DNA of 63,639 nt, counting the filler, from Reticulomyxa filosa (lineage: Eukaryota; Protista; Foraminifera), in the NCBI GenBank assembly GCA_000512085.1. It is 11 parts of 11 records of this genome, joined end to end, with 100 filler letters (N's around TTAATTAATTAA, not from the genome) between each part and the next. Parts side by side here need not be neighbours in the genome. Positions count along the whole stretch, not along the records: positions 19,783 to 39,296 come from ASPP01023090.1; positions 39,397 to 42,906 come from ASPP01035672.1; positions 43,007 to 45,384 come from ASPP01015337.1; positions 45,485 to 52,068 come from ASPP01007638.1; positions 52,169 to 58,726 come from ASPP01024183.1; 6 more parts are not named here. One strand, 5' to 3'. A program made the translations under genes and the position numbers. The first letter of the stretch is position 1. The number at the start of each line of letters is the position of its first letter. The notes below the pieces were generated by a model. That model was not told the origin of the DNA. It saw only the letters and a list, made by a program, of their open reading frames with translations, and did no database searches. Of the stretch, positions 39,261 through 52,609 are shown one piece after another.

Positions 39261-40399
39261 ATAAAAAAGAAAGTTGAAACCTAAAATGCCACCTTANNNN
39301 NNNNNNNNNNNNNNNNNNNNNNNNNNNNNNNNNNNNNNNNTTAATTAATTAANNNNNNNNNNNNNNNNNNNNNNNNNNNNNNNNNNNNNNNNNNNNCTGT
39401 ATTCTTTGAGACCTATGTTATATAAGTGTGTATTCATCACTCATTGTTTTAAATATTTTCCAATTACATTATAAAAAAAAATATTGTAACTTGGAACACA
39501 AGTTGCGCAGCTCATCCACTTTCAACCAATCATAAGCACATTACACAAATAAAGGACCTTTCATTTTTTTTTCCCCTCAAATTATACTTTATGTAAAGTA
39601 CAATACCATGATCCATAATCGATTCACGTCGTTGCCATTACCATTACCATTTTTGCTAGGAATTCACTTCAGCATCAACAGCAATATTAACAGCAATAAC
39701 TCATCCACCTCCATTTGCACACCTTCAAATATATATATTCAAAAATTTGAAGCAATACACAATAAATACATATAAATAAATAATAAGTATACGTTATAAA
39801 GATATTATATATTAAATATGTACACATAAAACAAAAACTTTTTCAAAGAATGGACTCGAGCACGAATTATAGCAGGAAAGAGACAGGCGCACAAATGATC
39901 AAATACCTTGAGCCTCTTGTGTTGGAATGCGCGTTAATTTCAATGATAATGTGTCCATCAAATATTCCGTTATTTGGAACAATTGAGTTGTGACCCGGGA
40001 GAAGCTATTATCATTGAAATGCTCTTTCCCTAGCTACCATTTTTTTGAGTGACAGTCTTGTAAATGGAAGAACCTTCCACTTTTCAATTCAAGTGAGTCA
40101 GTTTTTGTAACCTGAAAAATTCGTTCGTGTCCACAGCGCCAATTTCTTTGATATAAGAGAGGAGAGACGATAGAGAGAGAGAGGCTCGACTGCTGACATG
40201 AAATGTTGTTCAAATATCCACTCAGCAGGGCCCAGCGCCACCAATACATTGATAATATCCAAAATTTTGTTTTGATTTACCAAATAATGGAGCGATTTTT
40301 GAGGGGTCGATTGATTGATGCGACGTTGTTGTTTTTTGTAATAAATGGTACACCAACAACATTAGTTCTCTTCCGCGCACGTCAACAATAGCGGTACCC

Positions 40400-41760
40400 A
40401 ATATTGGCACACACAACATCAGTCCAATGTATTTGAGTAATTGACAATGAATAGAGGAAAACATGGACTGCGTTTTGTGGTCGTCGTCATCAGCATGGCT
40501 GGCACTGTGTTTGGCATTGTCACGTTCATCCTGTAGCTTCCATTGGGGACACACTATGTGAGATTGATCCATGTTTAAAAAAGCGCAAAGAGCCATAACC
40601 GAAATAACAGCGGCAAACTATCCTTTTTTTTTCTTTTTAAAATAAATCCAACGATGATATGGCCTTGGAATTTGCTTTTCTTCTTCTTTATTATCATCTA
40701 CCTCATCTTTCTCTTCTTGTTCGCTGGTGGCCTTGCACAAAACTCATCCACCAAATTGGAGCCACAACATCGATGGAGTGGTTCCATATGAGAGTGGCTT
40801 ATTCAACTGCATATGTGATTATTTACTATAACATCCTCATACTTTTCTTCTTTGTCTTTCATTTTTTTCGTTTCTTCCTTTTCTTCGGTCCGTCCAGTCG
40901 ATGCTGCTGTTGCAATACCATAATGTCAATATATATATATATTTTTTTTTTTTTGAGGTATTTTCACGTCTTTTTTTTCTTCTTGATAAAAGCTTGCGTT
41001 TGTTGTCGAGTAGCACCAAGATCCATATTCTCCGCGGTTGAACTGAGAAAATTTTTTGCAACTGTTCCAACGCCATCATATGATGGATATTTTCAACATA
41101 CGAAGTCTATCTACTCTCGCCGCCGTTGAGATGATAGGACACACATTGGCGTTGAATAATAGTCGATATTAGAAATTTCTGCATCCATCCATTCGATAAT
41201 ATTTGGATTGGAGATTCAATGATGAATGAGGGGATACAATTCGTATTTCCTTTTTTTTTATTGGAGGTATTGGTCCTTGACGACGTCCTTGATTGCCATG
41301 GTTCAACAATTTTTGATATCATTACGAGATTTATAATTTAAAACTCACGTCGTCTCAAATCTAACTAAAAAAAAAATACAAATTGGCGATCTGTGACTCC
41401 ATTGTCCTCCAGGTACTGAGATAACGTCACGAATACAAAGTATTGCTCCGCATCCAACGCGCCGTCTGTAGTGCATAGACGATTCCGGAGACTATCAAAA
41501 CAAGCGTGATTATCTTTGCCAAACTAACGCAAGGCAAGTGACTCTTACAGTGATGGAGTCAGAAAATGCAAACTAGCTCTATCTCTCTCTCTATCTCTTT
41601 CTCTATTCATTGATTATCAATGCCCAATGCCATTCGCAAGCCCATCATTCATCCAATCAGTAGCACACACTCACGATTAAGAATCCAAAATTGCGAATGT
41701 GCGAACTCACACTATCAGTTTTGATACGAGTAGTTAGCGCAATTTTTATAGCAACCTTGT
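40400..41760 (-). pseudogene. Heavily degraded sulfotransferase-like pseudogene
   Basis: Collinear broken fragments: KIALTTRIKTDSVS (~41700-41750), FAFSD (~41565), ELYP...IIEWM (~41190-41245) and LCAFLN (~40575). They resemble the Sulfotransfer_4 motif order, but with many stops and frameshifts. Confidence 0.25.
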
Positions 41761-43837
41761 TTGTTGGGGCCGGTAAATCGCAGTTCCATGGTATCTTTGG
41801 CACTGGTGCAAGTCAATAATTATCCGCGCAGAGACTTGTATAAGCCTACGCTGATGACGAACAACTTCTTTCCAATGGTTCAGGTTACCGCTTCTGGACA
41901 TTTCCACACATACACTTGTTCATTGTCTTTTGATCGGCGAGCTCTATGAAAACACTCAAAGTGTTACTTGCAGGCGTGAGAAGAGCCAGTGCATAACCAA
42001 ACTAGTAGACTAGTTGTTTTTTTTTGTCTTTTTTTTTTAAAAACATCCAACGTGATACGATTTCGAGGTTTCTTTCTTCTATTCATCCTCATTCTCCTCA
42101 TTCTCATCTTTTTCTTCTTGGTTGACAATGTATCGACGGAGTTTCGCACAACTCCTCCACCAAGTTGAACCACATCACATAAAATGTTCTACCAATTAGT
42201 GGTTCTCTCGATCACCGTGTGTGTGTGTGTGTGTGTGGGCACTTTTTAACAACTTCCACGCTCATTTCTTAATTGCCTTCCAATTCTCTGCCATCGTTGC
42301 GACACCACAATGTAAGTATGGTTTCTACTTTGCGCGGACATTTTCAAGTACATTCAACGTTTCTATTGGCAATCAAAATAGTAATGAAGTAATATTCTTA
42401 TTTTATTTTTCATTCTTGGGCGTATTTGTTGCAAAGATTCTTACTATCGGCATATTCACAATCGAGAAATCAAAGTTGTGGATGTGCGTACGCACGCAAC
42501 CAGTTTTTATACGAGTTCCCAATGTCGGCGCTAACATTATCAACATACTACAACATCTAAAGCAATTTTCATGACGACCGAGTTTCACTTATTCGTTGAC
42601 GCCGGTAGAGAAAGTTTTGATGCCATCTTTGGCGATGTGCCAATTCAACAATTGCCTACGTTGATGGCAAACCATTTCTTTTCTATTGTTCGAGTTACCA
42701 CACTCATTCGTTGATGGGAAGGTAGTTCATGTGTGAAAACACACAAAGTCTATACTCGCGAACGCGAAGAACCAGTACATAACCACAATCAATAAAGCTG
42801 GCACACAAATTTTTTTTTTCTTTTTTTTTTAAACCAGATCAAATACGATGTTCTTTCGATATTATTCTTCTTCTTTTCATCTTTATCATATCCATCTTCT
42901 TGCTTCNNNNNNNNNNNNNNNNNNNNNNNNNNNNNNNNNNNNNNNNNNNNTTAATTAATTAANNNNNNNNNNNNNNNNNNNNNNNNNNNNNNNNNNNNNN
43001 NNNNNNTGTCAACTTTCTTTTTTATCTTACTGTATAATCCAGTTATATATCCACTTTATATAGTTTATCAAAAACATTAAATCATTTTTCGATAATCTGA
43101 AAATTGATAATATCTTCGATAAATTACAATAATAACAGCAGAATTAGATCAAATATACGTACAACTGCACGAATATTACTTTTGCAATTTGTATGTATTT
43201 GAGTACTAATATTGTAGAAAATGAAACTAATTCAATGTAAAATAAATTGTTGTAAAATACTAGTCACTAGCACAAAAAAAGGATTTGAAGAAATAAAAAA
43301 TAAGTTGCAAAACAGAAAAAAGAACATATTTGAATTGAATCCAAACACAACAGCAACCTGCAACAATTGGAAATCATCTCTATGTATGAAAATTTAAGAT
43401 CTATTACTGGAAAACTTGATATATTTAATAAAATTTTGAATTTCATATTTAGTTTGTTGATTTTTACAATATTGACTATTTAAAAATTTTTTTATTTTAT
43501 AAACTTTGACTAGTAGTAAATTTGAAAGTTGTTGATATAATAATGTTTAAAGACTTAATTTGTTATATATTTTCAAAAGTTTTTTGAACAATACAAGTTG
43601 TAAGTTTAGTAATTTCTTAATTTTGTGTATTTATAATGCTTGGATATTTTAATGTATTCAATTATTTTTTTAATTAAAAAAAAATTTTTCAACATTAGTA
43701 GTGCTCAAAAAGTACGGTTATGTATTGTTATTATTCTGTATGATTTTATTTCTGAAAAGACACTGAAAGTGAGAAAACCGTTCCAGGATTTTAAAGTTTT
43801 TTTAAAAATCCAACATCAGCACCAATCTGAAGTATAG

Positions 43838-45384
43838 ATGTCTACAAAAGTGGAAGGCGATGAAAAGGCTCCGACATCGGAGTTGCAAATTCGCCTACAA
43901 AAAATGAAAGAATATTCCAAATTCCTGACGCAATACGAAATCGACATTAAAAAAAAAGCTCAACAACACGAAAAGGACATTGACAAACACATCGATTCTT
44001 TGATCCACAAATTGAACGAGAGACGCAAGACAATGAAGAATCAATTGTTGCAATGGCATTACAACAAGCAAACGGTGATTGGATCAGAAATAAAAAATTG
44101 CAAAAATTTTCAATTGTGTTTAGAGAAAGCAGTAGCTGAACCAAAGCATCCAAAGTCAGAAAAAGAGTTATTGGAATGGCTGTCAAAAGAAAGCACGCCA
44201 AGCATATATTTGGTATATGCCAATCAATTTGACTTTATAAAGCACTTCCAAGAAATCGCTACAAAATTATCTCTGATATTTCACAGAGACGAGGATTTAC
44301 AGAACTCAGCAAAAAACGAAAGCAGCAATAACAATAACAACACAGCAACAACGGATTTAAATAGCAATGAAAATGCGTCGAATGGCGGCATAAAAAAGAA
44401 TCAAGGGTCTGAAAAAAAGACAAGTGAAGCCATTGATGACGACGATACGGAAGAAGACAAGAACGGAGGCGGCAGCAAAAAGGGATTATGGATAAGTTAT
44501 GTGGAGCTATCGCAGCAAATCCAACAATTTGGAAAACTAGAAGAGCAATATGTTGCCGATATGACCAAGTTTTTGGCAGAAAGGGGGGTTCCCCAAGAGT
44601 TGGTTCAACAGTTAGTGGCCGCACAACAATTGCAAAGTTTATATCAGCCTAAAGTTTTGTTTGCACTTTCCTCGCACTTTTTTTTTTTTTTTTTTTTTTA
44701 AATAGTTGCAATGATTGATTATCAAACTTAGAGAGGAAAGAAAAGCAGCCGAACACTTAAAAAAAAAAAAAAAAATAAGTAAATAAAAATAAAAAGGTCG
44801 GAGAGGCACAGAAGATATGTGAAAAAGCAGCGATGGCAATTACAAATGTACGAATGAGGGATATTCAAGATTTGCAAAGTATGGCCAATGTGAGCGAGGA
44901 AATCTGTTCGGTGTTTGAAGCATTGATGTTTATAACGCAACAAAATATGGTGCATTCTCCACGGTTCACATCTACTCCAACTCCGCCACCGGAGCTGATG
45001 AACGAACGCGGTACAGTGTTAGCCGAAAGCGAGTCGAACGAAACGAACACGTCACGTAGGAACAGCAACATCAATGCATCGACCGACAAAAAAAGCACGT
45101 CGAAAAAAAAAAAAGACAACAACGCTCTTGGAAAGAAATCTCTAAGATACTGTCACAACCTTTTTTCATTCCAAATCTGATGAAATTTAACAATGACAAT
45201 ATTAACAATAACATGTTGGAAACATTAAATCGTGAATTTATGTCTCGTGAAAACTTTAAATACAATGTTATTGTGCAGCAAAATAAGACCGCAGGTAGTC
45301 CCCAATATATGTATACGTATACAGCATTGATGTCAAAAGAGTTAGTGAGAAGCGAAGGGCTAAAAAAAAAAAAAATATGTCTGT
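43838..45384 (+). CDS. Hypothetical multi-exon protein: N-terminal coiled coil plus a segment resembling the dynein stalk microtubule-binding domain; 3' end truncated
   Basis: Coiled-coil ORF 43838-44701, then DIQDLQSMANVSEEICSVFEALMFI and MLETLNREFMSRENFKYNVIVQQNKTAG. Confidence 0.45.
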
Positions 45385-45558
45385 NNNNNNNNNNNNNNNN
45401 NNNNNNNNNNNNNNNNNNNNNNNNNNNNTTAATTAATTAANNNNNNNNNNNNNNNNNNNNNNNNNNNNNNNNNNNNNNNNNNNNAAAAAAAAAAAAGTTT
45501 GTAGTTTTATTTTGATAAAAAGCTATCACGATTGTTGTTTTTGACAAATCTCTGTGCA

Positions 45559-46578
45559 GGCTGAATTAGACAATATACCAAGCACTGGAGGGAAGAAACG
45601 CCGATGCGTCGAACAGTCGTCTCTTCTGTCCGATATCAAATCAGATGCGAACAGCAAAGGCGACAAGGAGTTGTGTTGGGAAAAGTGTGATCAAAAGACG
45701 ATGGACGACAACACGCAAACGAACGGCATTGATAAGCACGATGACAACAACGCTCTGTTTTATCCTTTTTTCAATAATAATAGTACAAAGAAGGAACAAA
45801 AAGACGGCGACCCAAACATGCAAATGACAATAAACTGGCCAACGCGAATGGGCAGCTGTCAAGACGTCGTGATGATAATGACCAATGATGTCGACTCTGG
45901 CAACGGAGAAGGCGATGTCTCAAACCACTCATCCACAAAAACAATCACACTGCAGGATGACCTTTTCGAACAGGTTGCGCCAGGACGTCTGTGCTTCGAC
46001 CAATCAAAGGTCGACAAGGATGCCAGTCATCGAATCATGTTCTCGGAACAATCCCAGAACGTTGCCGGATGGGATCAAATCGATACCTTTGATGACTTGG
46101 CATGTGTGCCATATATCAATGACATAATGCGTAGATTGAAGTTTTACATATTACATATATATATATATATATATATGTATATATGCATATATGCATATAC
46201 ATATGTGTATATGTTGATGTAAATAACTCAATGTGACATGACAGGGAAACGGAAGGAAAATATATGCATGCGATGCATCCCGACTATGTGACTTGGCAAC
46301 AGGAAATAAATAACCGAATGCGCATTATACTGTTGGATTGGTTGATTGATGTCCATCGCAAATTTAAGTTGTCGCATGCAACGCTGCACTTGTGCGTCAA
46401 CTTGTTGGATCGCTATCTGGGCGTCGCCCAAGTTCAAAAGAAACACTTTCAATTGGTAGGGTGCGCCTGCTTGTGGCTGGCGTCCAAGTATCACGAAATT
46501 CAGTGTCCCGAAATTAATGATTTTTTGTTTGTCAGGTAACCAAAATATTCCATGTTTGCTATTGACATGTATATATAC

Positions 46579-46609
<31 letters not shown>

Positions 46610-47430
46610 TTTAGTTGTTTACTTGGGTCTATACTTTGTAAATTTTCTCGAGTTTTGTAAAGTCTGCTTTGAAGATAATCTTTTTATTTTTTTTTTTTAA
46701 AAAAAAAAAAAGTGAATAAAAAATTATAAAAACAAATAAAAAGCGACAATGCCTTCACAGAACGAGAACTGATCGTGCAAGAATCGAAAATTGTGGAAGC
46801 TCTGAAATTTCAGTTCACTGTCCCTACGTCATTGTCATTTGCACAACGCTTTTTGAAAATTGGCTCGTATGAAGGATTATCTTCTGACGATCAGGCCGCG
46901 TTAGAATCTTTGGTCTGGTATTTGTTGGACCATTGTCTTATGAGCTATCAATTGTCGCGTGATTTGCCCAGCAAAATTGCAGCTTCCTGTCTTGCTTATT
47001 CTCTTTGTCATTTTAGGCCTCATGACATTTGGGTACTCAACACTCGGTTTTTTTATTATTTGCTTTTTTTGTTTTGGCATGCTTATGAAATGGGGAAAGG
47101 AGAGTGGGAAAAAAAAAAGCGCAAAAAAAAAAAAAAAAAGGTAAAATAAATAACACAAAAATACTCTTCAAGCCTCAATATTTGGAGCAAGAGACACGCT
47201 ACAGTATAAAAGATCTCTATCCAACAATGAAGGCAATTGACACAATTGTAAAAACAGACAAGCAGAAGTGTAAACACAAAGCTGTACGCAAAAAATATGC
47301 ATCAATGTTTTTTCGTCAAGTTATTGCATCATTGTTTTTTTTTTTCAACACAACACATTTAGACAAAATCAATTTGGTGAGGTTGTATTGAATGTACACA
47401 CGGGACAATAAAACAGGTGGCATCACTAGA
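45559..47430 (+). CDS. Mitotic cyclin (A/B type); 5' end truncated; multi-exon
   Basis: Cyclin box MRIILLDWLIDVHRKFKL...NLLDRYL...QLVGCACLWLASKYHEI, and C-terminal fold ESKIVEALKFQFTVPTSLSF...PSKIAAS...AVRKKY. Confidence 0.9.
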
Positions 47431-48101
47431 CTTTTCAAAAATTAGTGTGGAATCTTACCTTTGCTTGGGCTGAGTAAACATATTATTAACAAAGAAATAT
47501 TATAAAGTGATTGGTTATGAGTTTTATGTGTTAATGGAATTGGATCATTATTTCTTTTTTTCCCTACCTTCTCCTTTTTTTTTTGTTGGTGTAATGCTTG
47601 CAGTTTTTATTTTGAGAGAGGAAAAAAAAGAATGAAGTAATAAAAGCACAAACTCACTATCACTCCGTTTATTTTTGTTAGTTTTTCGGTGTTAAGGAAA
47701 GATGGTTGGAATGGGGTGTGGGGTTTTATTTTTTGTGAAATTAATATTGTGGACTTTATTTAATGCATCAATGGAAAATCAAAGCGCAGTCTTTGATTTT
47801 TCTTCCTCATTACTCATACTTCATGTATCGTTCAAACGATTTTATTTTTTTTGCTGTCAAAAATGTTAGATGCTCTTTTAAACTTAAAAGCTGCAGTGCA
47901 AGATTGTGTTGCAATGTTGTTATTCCTCATACACAGGCACAGATACAACATATGTCGAACGTTGTCGTTGTGAACTTGTTAATTGACTGTTAAAAAAACT
48001 AAAAAATATTGTTTGACAAAAAAAATAAAAAGTAGCGAAATGTTTATCGACTTTAGCACTGTTATAAAAAAAAAAAAGCAAAATTTAACTAATTAATTAG
48101 T

Positions 48102-49301
48102 TCAAGATCTGATAAGATTTGCATAGCTTTCCACCATCTCTTCAAACTCATTTTGAACGGCCTCAACAAGTATGTGCATTTCGCTTTGATCGACAACCTT
48201 AAGTGATCTCACATCATATAACGTTCGCTCACGAAAAACTTGTAAATTTTGGAACCACGTGTGTTGATCTAAAGGCCAGGTCTGCTCTTTAAATAACTTC
48301 ATGTATTTGGATATTATCTTTCGCAAAGAAATGTCGACTTGATGTCGCAAAGATTTTAAGGTTTGTTCATGATCATATTTCTTTTGATCTTGCTCACCTT
48401 CACTTCGGTCACTCTCCGAAGCGATTACATTTGAAAAGGAATCCAAAATGAATTTTCCCAAGGCATTTTCATCCCATTTTTTCCAAGCGCAAACAAACGT
48501 GTTATTTTCAAATTTATATTGTTTGGGCGAGGTATTTGGCATTTGAAATTTCTCGTCCATTTTTTCAATCAAATGTCTGGGAACATATGTCCTACCCTCT
48601 TGCCCTTTCCTAGTCTCATTATTTTCCAAACATTGAGATAGCGGTGTCGAAGCATACACGATGCCATAACCTGTTTTATCTTTGGTTAAATCAATAACGT
48701 GTCGTGTATTTTTTGTCTCAATTGTGCGCAAGGTACAATCGTCAAATATATACGCTTACATTGTTTTCCGATCTTGTACAGCTCATAACGCATGCTGCGA
48801 TAGTACATGTTGTCATCGGCGAGTATAACATGCGAGTCTTCGGACCCTTTTTGTGTCAATGTTTCTAGTAGCTCTTTGATCTGATCTATGGTTTTGCACC
48901 TGCTGTTCTTCCATGTTTTGGGATCGAACTGTGCTTATATTTCATCAAACAGACCTTTTTTTTTTTTTTTTTTGGAAAATAAAGACTTTTGTTCCTCCAA
49001 GTAATTTGATTGAAAAAAGAAAATTCTATGGGCAATTAATGATTTTTTTCAAATACTCGTTTTAAACTTTGGTGGATTTATCCCAATTTTGTAACCATAC
49101 GTTGTCAAATGATATATGATGGCATGTTACGTTTCTATTCGGATCCCATACAACTTTAGTTTTGTTTGCGCTTTTTTACTTGGTTACAAACAAAATTCAC
49201 TTTTGTGAAGAACAGAGCTTGACAATGCTTTGAGAAATTGTTGTTTTTCCTGCGCCAGGGAGACCACAAAGTACTATTATGGTTACGCTTGAAGATAACA
49301 T
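48102..49301 (-). CDS. PSTK: L-seryl-tRNA(Sec) kinase (PSTK), about 4 exons
   Basis: Manual minus-strand translation: exon 1 from ATG 49301 MLSSSVTIIVLCGLPGAGKTT (P-loop); HHISFDN (~49100-49120); VILADDNMYYRSMRYELYK (~48775-48830); last exon CLENNETRK...VPRHLIEKMDEKFQMP and HQVDISLRKIISKYMK. DDNxYYRSMR is characteristic of eukaryotic PSTK; KTI12 is the related alternative. Confidence 0.8.
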
Positions 49302-49521
49302 TCTTTTTTTTGGTAGAGAACCCTGGACTAGTTTTGATTAGACACAAATATTTAATAAACATTTAATCTAGTTTTTTTTTGCATTGCACTAAGCCTACAA
49401 ATTAAAAAACTAACCATATATTGAAAGAAATATTTACAAACGTTCACAGTGAAAGTTATTCACGTTAAAAAAAACTGTAAAAGGGGGTAGGACAAAATAA
49501 AAGACCACAAAGAGAAACATA

Positions 49522-52068
49522 ATGTCGTTTTTGTTTAGCTTCTGCTCATCAAAAAATGCTTCAAGTACTATCCCCGATACGCAGAATACAGAACGACGAC
49601 CGGTACGATCTGATTCGACAGACACAGATGGAATAGGAACTAAACCTGACAAGCGCTCGGCTCGAATCACGGAGTTAGAAAACCAAATCAAGGAGTTAAA
49701 AACCAAACTGGAAAATGAGAAAGAAAGAGGTGAAGATTTCGAGGTAGCAAATGAAAGATTGAAACTACAAATAAAAGAAAAAGCTGAGACAGCAAGTCAA
49801 TTGAGCGAAAAAGAAAAAGAAGCTTTGGATTTACTTGCAGAAAAAGAGAAAGAGTTTGACAAATTGAAGCAAGAACTAGTAAGAAATTTTTTTTGCACAT
49901 AATTTATATTGTGTATACATATACATATATGCATATATATACATATTATTTTTTTTTTTTTAAGTAATGAGGAGAAAAGGGGGGGGGGAAAAAAAAAAAA
50001 AAGGAAGGGCATGAGAAAAAGTGAGGACAATCAAAGTCAGTTTTGTGACATGCATGACAGGCAGCAGCAGAAACCGAATTGCAGCAACTGAAAGACGAGG
50101 AAAATGAAATAAACACAAAAATGAAAGAGGATTACGACAAACAAACAAAAGAGATAAAAAGTAGCTACGAAGCAACCGTCGCACGATACAAAAATCAAAT
50201 GGACGAAAGCAATAAACAGATTGTCGAAACGGCCAACAAATTGAGAGCATGCGAAGAAGAAAGAAACAAGCTATTGTCAACATTAAGTAGTAATGATAAA
50301 AATGCAAAAAATAGCAACAACGTGGTCACCTCACAATTACAAAATTATCAAAAAGAGAAAAAAGAGTTGGAAGGCCTGGTCGATCAATATAAGCGATCCA
50401 TGCAATCTTTGCGAGATCAAATCGCTGCCAAAGATCTTCTGCTTTCTGATAACAAAAACAAAGTTTTTTTTTTTTTCTTCTTCTTCCCCTAATTAAAAAA
50501 AAAAAAACGTATACTGATTTAAAAAAATAAATAAATAAAAAATAAATAAATGAAAATAGCAAAAAGAGGAAGCAATGGATACAAAAAGACTACAAGATGA
50601 AAATGACCAATTGAAAAGCAAAACGCAAGCATTGAACAGTGAAATGAAAACAGCGCAGAACAACAAAGTGGAAGTCGAATCACAGCAAAGTTTGCTGACG
50701 AAGCAAATCGAAGAACTGGAAGCGCAGTTGAAGCTAAGTAACAGCGAGCTGCTTGCGTCGATAGCAAAGAAGAATGGATCTGCGACTCAGCAACAAGATG
50801 ACAAGACATGGACCGAAACAAATGTAACCCGTGAGTTGATATTGCAGTGGCTAAAAGGCAGCCAAGAAAAGGTTAGCAAAGAGACAAAAGGCAAATGGTT
50901 TGATGATTGGAACAGCCAAAACAATGGGTTGATTCACGTGCGATTGGATATGTTGAATGTGATGATACAACTTGTGGAATTGTACTGTCAGTCCTCTGGA
51001 CACAGCTGTAACTCGGCCACACAATTGCGAAACAAGGTGGCGGACGAATTGACACAAGAGTTTCATCGACGATTTGAAGAGCATCTGAAAACTGTGAACA
51101 GTGCCGGAGATGGGGAATGCATGAGCAAGACCGAGTTTATTGACTATTTTGTCCCCTTGCTTATCAATGGCATGCCTTCCAACAAACCCCAAGGAAATCG
51201 TCATTCGGTTTCCACTCCCAACGCAGCCACTTCAAGCGTTTACTTTTTTTTTCCCTTTGTCTTCATTCCATTCTCGAACAACACTACTTTGAAAATCCCC
51301 CTTTTTTTTTTTTTTTTGTAATGTGCATGTGAATGGAAAAGATTGCCACCAGCCCGACCATTGTTGGCATGAAAAACTTTGATGTGAATACAGAAGTAAG
51401 ACATCTCCAAAAACTGTTTGACAAGCCTTCCCCAGGAAATGAGTTGGTGAAGGAGATATTGAAGTACAACTGCCAACAAAGAGTGGAGCTATTGAAGAGC
51501 TGGCCCGAACTGGAAACCAATGCTCGCAAATACTTGGCGGGCAATGCGTTGGACTTGTTCTTGTTGATGACAAAGCCCTTTGAAGAGTGCGACGCATATT
51601 GGGTTCGTCAAGCGGTCTCAAACAGATCCATGGATGCCATTATCGAAATCATTTGCACGCGAACCAATGCCCAATTGAGTCAATTGCAAATCGCGTACGT
51701 TGCCAACGACAGCAAGTTGTTGGACGACATTTGCAGCGTTAAAAAGTCGGACAACATCAAACAAATCTTCCAAAACTTGTTAAGTGGAAAGCGCAGTAGC
51801 GAAGACGATGCAGTCGTTGACCCCGCACAAGTGAAGCAAGACGCCGAAAATTTGAAAACGTGGCTCGGTGGAAAAAAGCCAAACAAGAGTGAAATTATCG
51901 ATGTTTTGACGACAAAGTCGTGGAATTACTTGCACGAATTGAGTGACATGTATCAAAAAGTCAGCGGATTTGACCTGATTGCCAACATCAATACCGCTTG
52001 GAGTAACGCCAGTGCTGGCACCGTTGAGTCCACATTTTTGAAAAAAAAAAAAAAAAAAAAAAAAAAAA
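49522..52068 (+). CDS. Annexin with a long N-terminal coiled-coil extension; 3' end truncated; multi-exon
   Basis: Annexin repeats in 51333-52050 (LVKEILKYNCQQRVEL, PFEECDAYWVRQAV...DAIIEIICTRTNAQLSQLQIAY, EIIDVLTTKSWNYLHELSDMYQK). Upstream coiled-coil exons are on the same strand and separated by short GT-AG introns. Confidence 0.7.
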
Positions 52069-52609
52069 NNNNNNNNNNNNNNNNNNNNNNNNNNNNNNNN
52101 NNNNNNNNNNNNTTAATTAATTAANNNNNNNNNNNNNNNNNNNNNNNNNNNNNNNNNNNNNNNNNNNNTAATTGTATTTGTTGTGATATTTCATCGAGGA
52201 ATGGATGTCTGGATTGTGTTTTGTCAGGGGTTGTGGTGTTTGCAGCATTCCCCCATTTAATGATAAGGCACCTCCAAAAAAAAATATATGATTTTTCTCC
52301 TTAACAATTAAAAATTCAATATAGTAATGAAGAAGCTTTTGAAAGTAATATGCTGTGTTAAAACACGTTTTTATTACTTATTCAAGTAAAACATATTGTA
52401 GGCTGCTATATATTCATTGATGGTGAAGTGGAACATTCGGTCATTACTATACTATCGAATAAGTTTGTGTAAAAGTTAATAACAACTTTGATGATGTGTT
52501 CCCTCTTTTATCAAGTGAATGAGCGATTTGTTGCTTGATAAAAAAAAATTCACATGTATCTGCTTTAGAATGCTTTCAACAAACATCGAGTTATAAAAAA
52601 AAAAAAAAA

